In this document: positions 45,338-57,300 of the stretch, one piece after another | How the letters are laid out: every line of letters starts with the position of its first letter | Position numbering within the stretch: the stretch's first letter is position 1 | Assembly (NCBI GenBank): GCA_047495785.1 | Contig: JBLDXI010000015.1 | Coordinates: 3,472,001-3,536,000, forward strand | Origin: Lepidodermella squamata | Lineage: Eukaryota; Animalia; Gastrotricha | Length of the DNA stretch: 64,000 bases | Direction of reading: 5' to 3' | Translations under genes and position numbers: made by a program | The notes under the pieces: model-generated | What the model was told of the DNA's origin: nothing | The model's input: the letters and a program-made list of their open reading frames with translations, nothing else | Databases searched by the model: none

Positions 45338-48300
45338 ATGGCGGGGAAATATCAATTCGCGATCGACCGTGGTGGTACATTCACTGACATTTGGGCTCGA
45401 TCGCCTGATGGCCGTGTTATTGTCGACAAGCTGCTATCAGTCGACCCGACGCAGTACACAGACTCGGCTGTTGAAGGAATTCGCAGAATTCTATCGAAAG
45501 TAAAAAGAAATAATTCGAAAAAATCCTCCTTATAAACACGAATTTCTAGGAATTAGGTAAAAATCTCGACCCGGCTAAACCGATTAGTGGCGAGCATATA
45601 GACTGGATTCGTCTTGGCACAACTGTGGCCACTAATGCGTTACTGGAACGAAAGGGAGAGAAAATTGCGGTGTTGGTTACGGAGGGATTTCGTGATTTTT
45701 TGCATATCGGCACGCAAGCGCGACCTGATATTTTCGATTTGAAAGTTGCCATGCCTCCGCCGATTTACGACGCGGTGATCGAAGTCCGCGAACGGGTCGT
45801 CGTTTCTCACCCTGGCTCTGCCGATACGCCCAGGCCGAAAGAAGTCTCAACAACTGGGGAACACGTCGAAATCTGGCAAGAATTAGACGATGAAAAAGTT
45901 CGTGAAGATCTGGCTAAACTCAAGCAAAATCACCCGGAAATCACTGCTCTGGTTGTTGTCTTGTTGAATTCTTATATCTACCCGAAACATGAGCAGTTGG
46001 TTGGCAAGATTGCGAGAAATCTTGGCTTTTCTTCGGTCACCCTGTCGTCTGAAACTGTGCCTATGGCTCGGGCTGTTCAACGCGGCCAAACTGCGTTGGT
46101 TGACGGTTACTTGACCCCTGTTTTACGCCGTCACGTCGACAATTTTCTAGCTGGTTTCAGCGCCGATTTGCCGTCTGAACGTGTGCTATTCATGCAATCT
46201 GACGGCGGTTTAGTCCCGGCGAAATACGCCTCGGGAGCCAGGGCTGTTTTAAGCGGCCCGGCTGGTGGTGTTATCGGCTATGGCGTCGGTATGTACGGTC
46301 GCGAGACGAATTTGCCATTGATTGGTTTCGATATGGGCGGCACTTCTACCGATGTTTCGCGCTACGGTGGCTCGTTAGAATATCGCTACGAGTCTGAAGT
46401 TGAGGGATTGACAATGCAGCTGCCTCATGTTGATATCGAAACCGTAGCTGCTGGGGGTGGTAGTCGACTATTCTTCGTGGCTGGTAAATTGGTCGTTGGG
46501 CCTGAGTCTGCAGGTAAATATTTTTAAATACAAAGTAATAAAAATTGGCAAAAAATCAATCGGACTATTGAATTTAGATCCCAAAATTGTTTTAAGGTAA
46601 CTTGAATCTCTTTCAATCACACAATTTTTCTTTGTTTTTGCGCTTGGAGTGTCCTAATTTGACGAAATTTCACCTAAAATCTGGCTTTGATGATGCTCGA
46701 TTTTTAATTGAATTTATATGATTTTTTGTATTCTAGGGGCATACCCTGGTCCTGCTTGCTACCGACGCGGAGGTCCACTCTGTGTAACAGACGCAAATTT
46801 GATTCTCGGCCGATTGCTGCCCGAATTTTTCCCGCCATCTTTCGGTCCGAATCGAAACGAGCGAATCGACCTGGAAGGAGCCCGTAAAAAGTTTGATGAA
46901 CTGTTCACCGAAGCTAACGAATGGCTGGCTGCGAACCACGGCAAGCAGTTCAAGTCGGTTGAAGAAATGGCTGAAGGGTTTCTGGCGGTTGCGAATGAAA
47001 CTATGTGCCGACCTATTCGTTCTGTTACTCAAGGTAATTTCGAAACGAAGTACCTATTTGTAAATAATTAGGCGTTATATTTTAACCATTTGTACATAAT
47101 TTAAAAAAATGAACTTTGTTTTTTACACGATTTTTTTGGGGTTTTCCTAGTTAGGGTTCGGGTTAGGGTTAGGGTTGCTACGGTCATTCGGTTCTGATTG
47201 TTGAGGCGCCTTGTATCATTCGTGGCCCATTCATTGTGTACTGATCAGGTTTAAGTTCGCAGAATTCTCGCTGCTACTTGCGATCACAGCCGCATTTGTG
47301 TTGTCGTCTACTGATTCTTCCAAGGAAGAAGTCTCAGGTGATAAGCTGTACTTCGTCGTTACTTCCTCATCGGGTTGATCAGCGAGCTATGGTAGATTAA
47401 GATTGTTACCTTTTACCATTTAGAAAAGAAATCTTTCAGATGAACGCAACGTTTTATTCAAGTCGAGTCAGTTTCATAAGATACATCATTAAATTCCTTG
47501 TCATTTCTCCCAGCTATTCATCTTCTTGATCGTTTTCATTGACCTGAAAAAGAAAAATTAGCATTAGTCGCTTTTATTTGAATTCATATCGACAGCATTT
47601 CTTTCGCAGATTATGATTTGTTTTCAAAGTAAGAAGCCCATGTTTTTTCAAATAGTTGTAGCCTTTCTCCAGGCTTGGGCAGTATCGGATAACATTTCTA
47701 GTTTCGAACCTTTGGTTACCCCGTTTCTTTGCCGTGAAAGGCCATGGTCGCTTTGGGTTGGGGTGTTTTAGGGTTAGGGTTGCTACGGTCCTTCGGTTCA
47801 TCAAATTGTGCTAGCTGTTCAACCAAAACTTGCCACCAGCTGACAAGGTTGTCTCGCAGGTTTTTGCCGTTCATGGCGAACATCGCGGCTTACCACGCGC
47901 TAACAAAGTGATCCCTTGGCACGCCCAAGTTGATTTTGCGCAACTGGCGGATTGCTTGATTGCTTAAAATAAGGCGGAGCGCGCTGCCTTGGCTCGGGAC
48001 GATAGCGAACTTGGTCTTCTTGGCGTTGAACTGGTCGGCGCCGAGGCGCATAACGACTGGCTGCCGCCGAGTTGACAAAGTTGTAGCGAAAGCGGCCTGT
48101 GTAAGACCGCCTTGTTGGTTCGTAATTGGCCGATGTAAAGCCTTCATAGTTGTCGGTAACAAAACGATTACGGTGATTCATTTTCAAAAGTTTTATTGTC
48201 TGACTAGTTTCAGTATCTTCAGAGACAATGACAAATTAATAACTTTTTCACCGTCTCAAACTACATTTGAGACAAATTGAGCGAACAGAGTTGGGCTAAA

Positions 48301-51300
48301 GAGCGAAAGACACATTGCACAGAATAATAACAATAATAACAAGGATCCGAACGAAAATGGCTGCGTGGTTCGAGTCGGCGTGAAGCAGCGGAAGCGCGTT
48401 CATTGGCTTGAAGTAGACGCCTGTGCGGATCGAGCCATCTTCATACTTGCGGAGGCGTACGTGCGGTCGGCAATTTCACCATCCTTTGTGTAGTGATTGG
48501 ACTATTGAATCTTTCCACTGCTGCGGAATTGATTTAGTGTCGAAATTCACAAAGCTTATGGCCGCGGATATTTTCACCAAGGCGATTCCTCGTGTTCAAT
48601 TTGAATATTTGGTCAAATTAATTGGATTGAAAGAAGTCGAAACGACACCCTTATCACGATTTATTCTTTAGACGAAACAATTATCTTTTAAAATGTTTAT
48701 CTATTATATTATCGTGACCATCATGATGGCACCAAGTGTGGCTCCGGTAAACGTAAGCGCAAATACCGCCAGCCCAGCTCCAACAACCTTGAGCCATGTC
48801 GGCAACCTTCCCCTCTCGCGACTAACACCAATTACCTTCGGATCTGCCAGTAGTAAATGTCGTGAAATCTAGGCCGAAAAGGGAAATAATACAATGCAAG
48901 TCAACGTTAGCTCAAAAGGTGCTTCGTCAATGTGCGGTGAAGCAGCTGGAGTCACTTCGACTGCCAGCTCTTCAGCAAACTTGAAAGCGACTTGGCGAAT
49001 CCGATCACGCGTCAAGGGCAACCGGTCCACAATCGCCCGTTCTTGTTCCGGTTTGAAGAGTGTCCGCCGGCCACGGGGATGAAGATCGCCGTTTTTCATG
49101 CGCCGCGAAATGGTGTAATTCTTGACACCGTAGACACGTGCGGCCTCAACGCCGGACATGTTCTCCGCCCTTACTTGGGCGACTGCTTGATCGAGGCGAT
49201 CGGCGTAAGGGAGTTCATGCAGAGCGGACATTACAGTTGACTCGAAAATCAGACTAAATTGGAATCAAAAATAAGCGAATGACGATAAAAAGGCTAAAAG
49301 TCATGAAATGCGATCGGACCATGCCGCCCTGGCCATCAGGGCCATTTCGGGCATGTCTGAAACAATCGACCACGTTTTTCCCCGACTCGAAAACATTAAT
49401 TATCGGCAGGTTTGCAGTTAAGGACGAAAAATAGAAATTCGTTGCATAATTGGGGCACTTGCCCTAAATTGCAAAACCCGTTGCGCGCACTTTTCTTCCT
49501 GCACTGTGCTCAATATTAGTGTGCACGACCATCACTGTGCCATCGTGCACACGCACTAGGTCAACAAATTTTATAAGTTCAGAAAAACTAGGTACTATAA
49601 ACTCGTAAATGAAAAATTTCCATCAAAATAAACGAAGGCATCCCAGATTTGTTTCCAGTATTTTCGGAGTTTAGAGTTTAGCACTCAATCCAAACTGATG
49701 TCATTTCAAATTTCATGACAAAATCGGTCCGTGACGAAAAGGCAACTTTAGAAGGATAGGAACCGGAAGATAGGAAAGATAGGATTCCGACAGAGAGCAA
49801 GAAGTTGTTGAAACTATTTGATTTCGATCAACGTTTCAAGGGCGAATCTTGAAACTCACAATGCCGTTGCATATGCAAATAGGGTCCGCTAATTATTTAA
49901 GCGTTTCAAATCGAAATAATTTTGAAAAATATAGATAATTTCTCCAAATTTGCAGAAAAAGAGAAAGTCGATTTAATCCCCTTTGATTTGAATTCGATAA
50001 CTTTTTGTGAAAGGGCGAATTTTTAACCATCGAAAATCAGGTTACCTATGTGGCAGCATATTCATTGTGGAACATAGTTGGAAATTCAATATTTAATCAA
50101 CTGTTTTCATTTAAATTTATTAGCTCGAGGATTGGACGTCGCTAAGCATGCGCTTTGTTGCTTCGGTGGAGCTGGCGCTCAACACGCTGCCTCTGTCGCC
50201 CACGCCCTCGGAATGAAACAAGTGCTTGTCCCTCGCTTAGCTGGGGTCCTCTGCGCTGTCGGCATTGCCCTGGCTGACGTGGTACAGGAACAACAAGAAC
50301 CAGCCGCAATGCTGTACACGCCAGATCACTTCGCTGAAATCGACGCTCGGCTCGAAAAAATGGCCGATGATTGCGTCGCCAAGTTGGTCCCATACGGTTT
50401 CAGCCGTGAAAACATTTCGGTCGAAACTTTTGTCAACCTCCGATACGATCGAACTGATTTCGCAATCATGGTCCCGGGTAAAAATCCGTCAAAAACTGGA
50501 AGTTCGCCGAGAAATGGCGATTTTCTCTCGCTATTCCTCGAATTATACAAAGCCGAATTCGGTTTCACAATCCCCGAGCGGCCTATTTTGGTCGATGATC
50601 TACGAGTTCGGGCTTCGGCGAGAAGTGGCGTATGCCCAGACGCGCAATTCACGTCGAATAACGCGAAAAACGACGCTGCTAAGCCGTTGAAGCCATCTTC
50701 GGCTAAAAAAGCGTGGTTCAATGGAAAATTTCACGAAACACCGGTCTATCAAATCGACGATATGCATGCTGATGTTGACAAAATTTCCGGACCTGCCTTG
50801 ATTGCGTAGGTTTAATTTTTCGATTTTTTCGATAATTTAATTATTTTCTTAAATTTAGGACACCTCATTACACGGTTGTTGTAGAACCGGGTTGGGTCAT
50901 TGAATTGACCTCTCGCGGCAATTTGTTGATGAATGTTGACGCGGCTGTTGAGGAGAATCTTCGAAAAACGAATCCGTTGTTGAATTTGACGGCTGATGCC
51001 CCGCCTGATGCGGCGCTGCTCGCTGTGCTAGAGCATCGTTTCATGTCAATTGCCGAGCAAATGGGCCGGGCGTTGCAGCGAACGGCTATTTCGGTTAACA
51101 TCAAGGAGAGACTTGACTTCAGCTGCGCTGTTTTCGGACCTGACGGAGGGCTGGTGGCAAACGCTCCACATATTCCGGTGAGAATGCTATTATATTTGTC
51201 ATTTGCCGTATTTCCAGTCAACATCGAGACTGTGCAAAAATTGTATTAAAATATTTAATTTAAGGGATTGCAACACCTTTGCAATCTGTGCAATTTTACA

Positions 51301-54300
51301 TAGTTTTTCTGAAGAATACTTTAACCCTCAGCAAATTTATTCTTTTCGTCAGAATCTATTTTATTTCTTCAGCAAACGTATTTTTCTTCTCAAGTGTTAA
51401 TCAATTAATAATTAATAACTTATACTATTAGTTGCAATGAGTTAGAGCCGTTACAACGCGCTTAGCAATTTTATTAGCAGCAATTTAATCGCCTAATCAG
51501 ATCCACATGAATGAATTAATGAATTTATGAACGAATGATTGCATGAATGAACGAAATGACCAGATTAACTTAAATTTGCGCAACGTTTTGCGTTTTTTCG
51601 CCTCCTCGAACTGGCAAGTCCATCGGCTCAGGACTCGGGGCGAACTTCGATCGGGGCCACTTCTGCCATCGGCACTTCCGGAACGTTGAGGGCCGCAAAC
51701 GCTCGGTCTCGTATAGCATCCCTATAACGCTCCGCCATGCGAATGATGTCGTCGTTCAGAGTCAGTGGGAAACTGCCTGCACAAAACGGGTGATTTCCCT
51801 ACGTCCACGAATCTGGCGTTAATTGTAACGCATCAACCCATCCGCCCATCGCGAGAATACATGGCTTCGTTTGTTGGATGTAATGGCATGCCGCGGTGAT
51901 GGTTCTGGTAGTCTCTTATAATTCCGTTTACAAAAGAGGCGAGGCCGTCGACCGTATTAATGTCGCCAACCTGTGTGATGGCCACTAGCTCGAAGTTGAA
52001 AAAATGTTGAAAACCGTTTTCCATTGCAAGTTGTGATGCTCTACGTTTGCTACACACGGCAAGTATTTTTTTCCACTGCACGAGAAATATGCACACTGCA
52101 ACTTAAAACTTGAAGCTTTGTCACTTATAAGCATTATCGATTAATTGTTTGCGGTTGCTGGGTAAATTATTTATGAGTGCGCTTATTGATTTCTATGACC
52201 TCTTCGCGCCGAATCATTACTTCGATACTCTAACATAATTTCCAAGTCACGGCAAGCTAAGAACACGGGGTGTAGTGTTTTTTAATGAATTAGTAAGTAG
52301 GCATGGAATCGCCAAGTTTTGCAATAATCGCTTATTTATTTATTTTATTTATTTATATTTGACTTGCAATTATCGCACTTGCGATTGTAGCAAACAGTAA
52401 AACAGAAAAAGAAAGATAATTTTTCACGTATTACGGCGCCTCACTGACGACACAAGATGTTTATCAATATCAATATTCATAAGAAATTTTTTAAATGAAT
52501 TGAGGCTAGAATTAACATTTTCGATGTTGAAAGTATTCCAAACATTAACAATTCGTCTGTCAAGAGAATATTTTCTGCAGTTCAAATGGCATTCAGATTG
52601 ACGAATGCGATGAAGAGGAGCATATTTGTTGCTAGAAGGCGTAAATAAATCTGTAAATTTAGCGTCAACAAGATTATGATAGAATTTGTAAGTGAAAACA
52701 ATATCTTTAGTGAATCGGCGCTGTTCCAGAGACAACAAATCAAATTTTTTAAGTAGAAAATTATAATCAGATGACTCGTAATTCGACAGTTTCATTAAAA
52801 ATTTTCGCTGAATTGATTCCAGATCATCAATAATCCCGAGATGGAAAGGATTATAAACCGAGGACGCATAGTCGAGTAGTGGTAAAACATAGGTTTTATA
52901 GGCTTTCAAACGAAGATTTCTGCTTTTTAAAGATTTGAGAATACAACCAATCAAATTATTGCACCTTTTCTTTAGTAAACAACAATGAGTCTCGAAAGAT
53001 AGCTCGCTGTCCACTTGAACACCTAGGTCTCGTACACAGTCGACAGTTTCAAGCTTGATACCATCGATATGGTAATCGTATGAAAAGCGACGATGCTCGT
53101 GAGAAATAATTGGAACTGAGCGGGTTCACTATCTTCTTCGATGTAATAATCAGTGACATATGGCGGGGTTTCATCATCCGACACAGCCTTGTGGCACTCG
53201 GCCCAATCTGTGAGTTGCAGCGAGTTCATGGAGCCGTGAAGCTGCAGCGACGCCAACACCTACCTCATTTGTTCGTCGAGCGGATTTTTAGCATTCTTCT
53301 GCTTCTGCCGCTCGCGACTAACTAAGTTTTGAACCTGAGTCAGAGCTAGTAGTTGGTACCTTGCTTTCATATCTTCCCTTGTTTGTTGAACTGCTAAACC
53401 AGCGTGTAAGACTTACTTATTATCCCCGCGGCAGCGCACCGGTGAGGTGGAAGACTGGTCGATCGACGAATTCACTGACTCCTAAGTGTCAATCGATACT
53501 TCCTCTAAGTCAGACATCGCTCATACTCTCGTTAAAATAACGATGAACTCATGCAGATTATTAGGACGACCCCCACCCTGCCCACCCCACCGTTCGTGTT
53601 AGTGATCATGTTGACGTAAATATTTAATGGTCGGGCTGAGGGACGGTAGTGGCTAAGACAGAGAAGTATTTTTGACGAATAAGCTATGCCATGAGTAGTT
53701 TACCTGTTGTTTTAGTGAAGGTCACGTCTGTGGGCCAGTCGATGTGATAAATGATTCCTTCAGCACCGTTTGCTACTCCCTTAATCGAGAGTTGATTAGA
53801 TTTTGTTCGAACTCTTTGACCAAGGAGGAAGAGGTACATGAATGCTGGTAGGTTGTTGGTTAAGTTGTCAGGTAGCTTTGTGATTTCGTTTAAGCATTGA
53901 TAACCGGCGGGATTGCTCGGTTTGATAATTGCGGGAATTTCGAATATCTGGGTGGTTTTTTTTTAATTTTGTTCAAAGCGGCCATGTTTGCGATGTGTCG
54001 CGATGCGTTGTCTGGAAAGACGATTGTCGTCGTTTCTCCGGGAAACATAGCGGCTAGCCATGCTGCCGACATGTTGGGAGTTGGTCTGCCTGTTGAAGGT
54101 TCTACGAATGGATGGCGTCCAATCTCTTCGTCTAGCAGAAGCCAAGTCGTTTCCCCAAGGTTTATCGTCAAACAAGGTTTGTCGCGTAGGACTAGGCAGT
54201 TGTCGTATGTTCACTAGCCGAGTTCAATCATTGACCATCATGTTCGATCGAATCAAGTGAAGTAGTCGCGTGCTTGTCTGCTCGATGATCTTCGACGCAG

Positions 54301-57300
54301 CTATTTCGTATTGGATGTTGAAAGTTTCCTCGAATCCGTCGACCACCGATACGGTCGTTTTTTTCACCGGTGACGATCAACCACGACTGCTTCCGGCGAA
54401 GGTAGCCCTCCATCTGGAAAGCCCAGTCGCCGTAATTCGTGTCTTCATCTAAAATGATGATGTCGGCATCTTGCTATCGTGCTGATAACGTGTTAAATAT
54501 CTAGAGTCGGGATAGGAACGGCAAAGAGGCCTTTTCCATTCACGACTCTAGACCCCACATTTGACACCCGCGCACCCGGCGCGTCTATCATCCAGAACGT
54601 TCGACAAGGACCGCTACGCGGTACTTGGTTGTTTTGACCTGTCTCTTTCCGGGTGCTGCTCACGGCTGCGAATCGAACCACCCTTGTAGTCCCCTCCACG
54701 TCATTGGAGGGGATGATTAACCCCATCTCCCCGTGAAAATGGTTGAAAAACGCGATAATCGTGCTGAACATCTCATACTTGAACATGTTTTATTGTTACC
54801 ACTGAAAATTTTCTCACATCAGCTTACCGAAATAGAAAGCGAAGTATGCAGAGCTGATAAGCATCTCCAAGTGACGAAATAGACGAAAATTCAGCAGATA
54901 TATTGTAAACAATAGGACGAAGCCGGTACGTAGATCTCAGTCACGAAATTACAAAATTATGTCAAAATAAGAACTCAAAATTTATAGGACGAGGCTGGTA
55001 AGCACTCCGTCTGACTAACCGAGAACGACATACGAGAAGTTTGAACTGAGAAAAATCAAGAAATCAAGGCACAAATGCCGCTGGAGCAGCGCCAGCCATC
55101 ATGGCTAGTGCACCACCTACAATTGTCAGCTTGGCAAGGTGCAACTTGCTGAAGTAGGCTGCCCCTCCTTCAACATAGGCGACGGGCTTCGTCCACAGCG
55201 TCAGCTCAAAGCCCCCAATGTGCTCCTCGATGGCTGCCTTGCAGTGGGCGCCGATTTTTTCCACATCTTTCTCTTCATAATCGTGAACGACAGTAGCAGG
55301 TAGCAGTTGCAGGGCCAACGCCTTTAGGGCGAACGGCTCGGTCGCCAGCCCTCAGCGACCGTCGCAGGCGGGGTTGCTACAGGATACTAGCGTACGTGTC
55401 GCGACAACAATTAAAAAAATTTTCCTCGACTCAAGATGCTCGACTGCTCATTTACCTCATAATGAAACCAAATCGATCAACAAAGATAGAGACGGGATTT
55501 TACTCTAAATTCGTATAGGCTGACGAAAGCACAAGTTCGAAAATTAGGGCCGTCGAGATAGTCACAATCAGCAAATTCACAGCCGTCAGAGAGGAACTCG
55601 TAGCCAATTTGAGACGCTATTGGATCTGTATTGGCATGAAAAAGATTTTATTTTGCAACCTTTGCCTCTCGGCACTCGCGGCGCGTTAACTCATGCCCGC
55701 ACTACGCTTTCATAAAAATATAAAAGCCATAACAATATTTCATCACATATGTTATAATTATATATAAAACAGGATATTCTTCAACCCATCAAGAACGAAA
55801 TTTCGTGAAATTTTGCCGTAGATTGAGAATATATCGAAATGTTGTCCACAAAGGTGTACTTTTTCGGGAGTTGATAACAGAGAAAACGCTGACATTGCCA
55901 AGATGAGTAAAACCCTCGCCAATTCGCCAAGGCGAAAGCTGGCAGTGCGGACAGTCGGGCGTTCGCTTGTAGGCGATTGTACTGATCCATCATTCGGCCC
56001 AATCGGGGTGATAGCGCTGCTTGCATTGCAAACATCGAACCAGGGGAGGTTCAATGGCAACTTCAAGGCAGATACAGCAATGAGGCAGAGATTCCTCTAT
56101 ACCGAATTCAAATACTAAAAAAAAGAGCGAATGGCAAGTAATATAAGGGTTATATAAGGGTTAGCTGATAAGGGTTTCACTAGCGCGACAGGCTGAAAGT
56201 ACGAGAAAAACAGAGCAGGTGTTACAGCTAGAATAAAAACCAGCATAGCAAAAACGTCGAATGCTTTCCTCCAAAGCCTTTGTGGCGTTTGAAGCTGAGA
56301 CAAAACGAAACATCCAACGCTGATCGCCATTTTCACAGCGTTATTTGCAGAACGAAAAATACGAAAAATTAATTAATTAATTAATTGAATAAGACATGGA
56401 TTATGGATATTTGGCCGTTGGAAGGAAAGGTTCACTTTAAGGCGGCGTCCAGTTTCAGTTACCGAGCCCAATCCACCCGGGCTGAAGTCGATAGCCGGCG
56501 ATTTGAGTTGCCTATGCGCAATCCTGTTAGATGGTTTACGAGATGATTCATCGAGAGTTTTCGACAGAATTCTGGCCAGTTCCCGTGGGCAAATTTAACT
56601 TGCGGGCAACAGAACTCATCCATTTAGCGCCTGAATGCATATGTAAAAAACCGAGTATATCGTAATTCCTGAAGATTATCGTTGAAAATGATAATCGTTC
56701 GTTTCTCCATGTTGAAAATTCAATCGGTTACGTCAAAAAACGACTCTTATATTAGCATTATAAAATAATTTCTATAAATTCGATTAATTTTTCCAATTTT
56801 TATAAATTTTTTCATTAGGTACATCTGGGATCGATGCAGGACACTGTGAAATTTCAGCTGAAATATTGGCAAAACCGCCCGGCTGATGAGCGATTGAAGC
56901 CCGGCGACGTTTTGCTCAGCAATCACCCAACTGCAGGCGGTGCTCATCTGCCCGATTTGACGGTAATAGCGCCGGTTTTCTTAGACGGCAACGACCCGGC
57001 GTTTTTCGTCGCATCCCGCGGCCACCACGCCGATATCGGCGGCTGCGCGCCTGGTTCGATGCCGCACAACTCGCGAAATATCTGGGAAGAAGGCGCGTCG
57101 TTCATCGCCTTCAAACTCGTTAGCCAGGGCAAGTTTTGTGAGGCTGAGTTGGTCAAAGAGCTCGACGCCCCTGGCCTGAGACCCGGCTGTTCCGGCGCGA
57201 GAAATAAGGCGGATAACATTGCGGATTTGCAGGCGCAAGTCGCTGCGTGTCGCCGGGGTGGCGAATTGCTCGGCGAGTTGGTTGCCGAGTACACGCTGCC

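Noticed and set aside
47890-48190. Arg/Gln/Pro-rich minus-strand ORF, possibly LTR gag
   Set aside because: No diagnostic motif; cannot be assigned by eye.
54228-54413. [11 protein letters not shown] read as an APE endonuclease motif of a LINE
   Set aside because: The upstream [13 protein letters not shown]...W..VTG fits copia gag much better.
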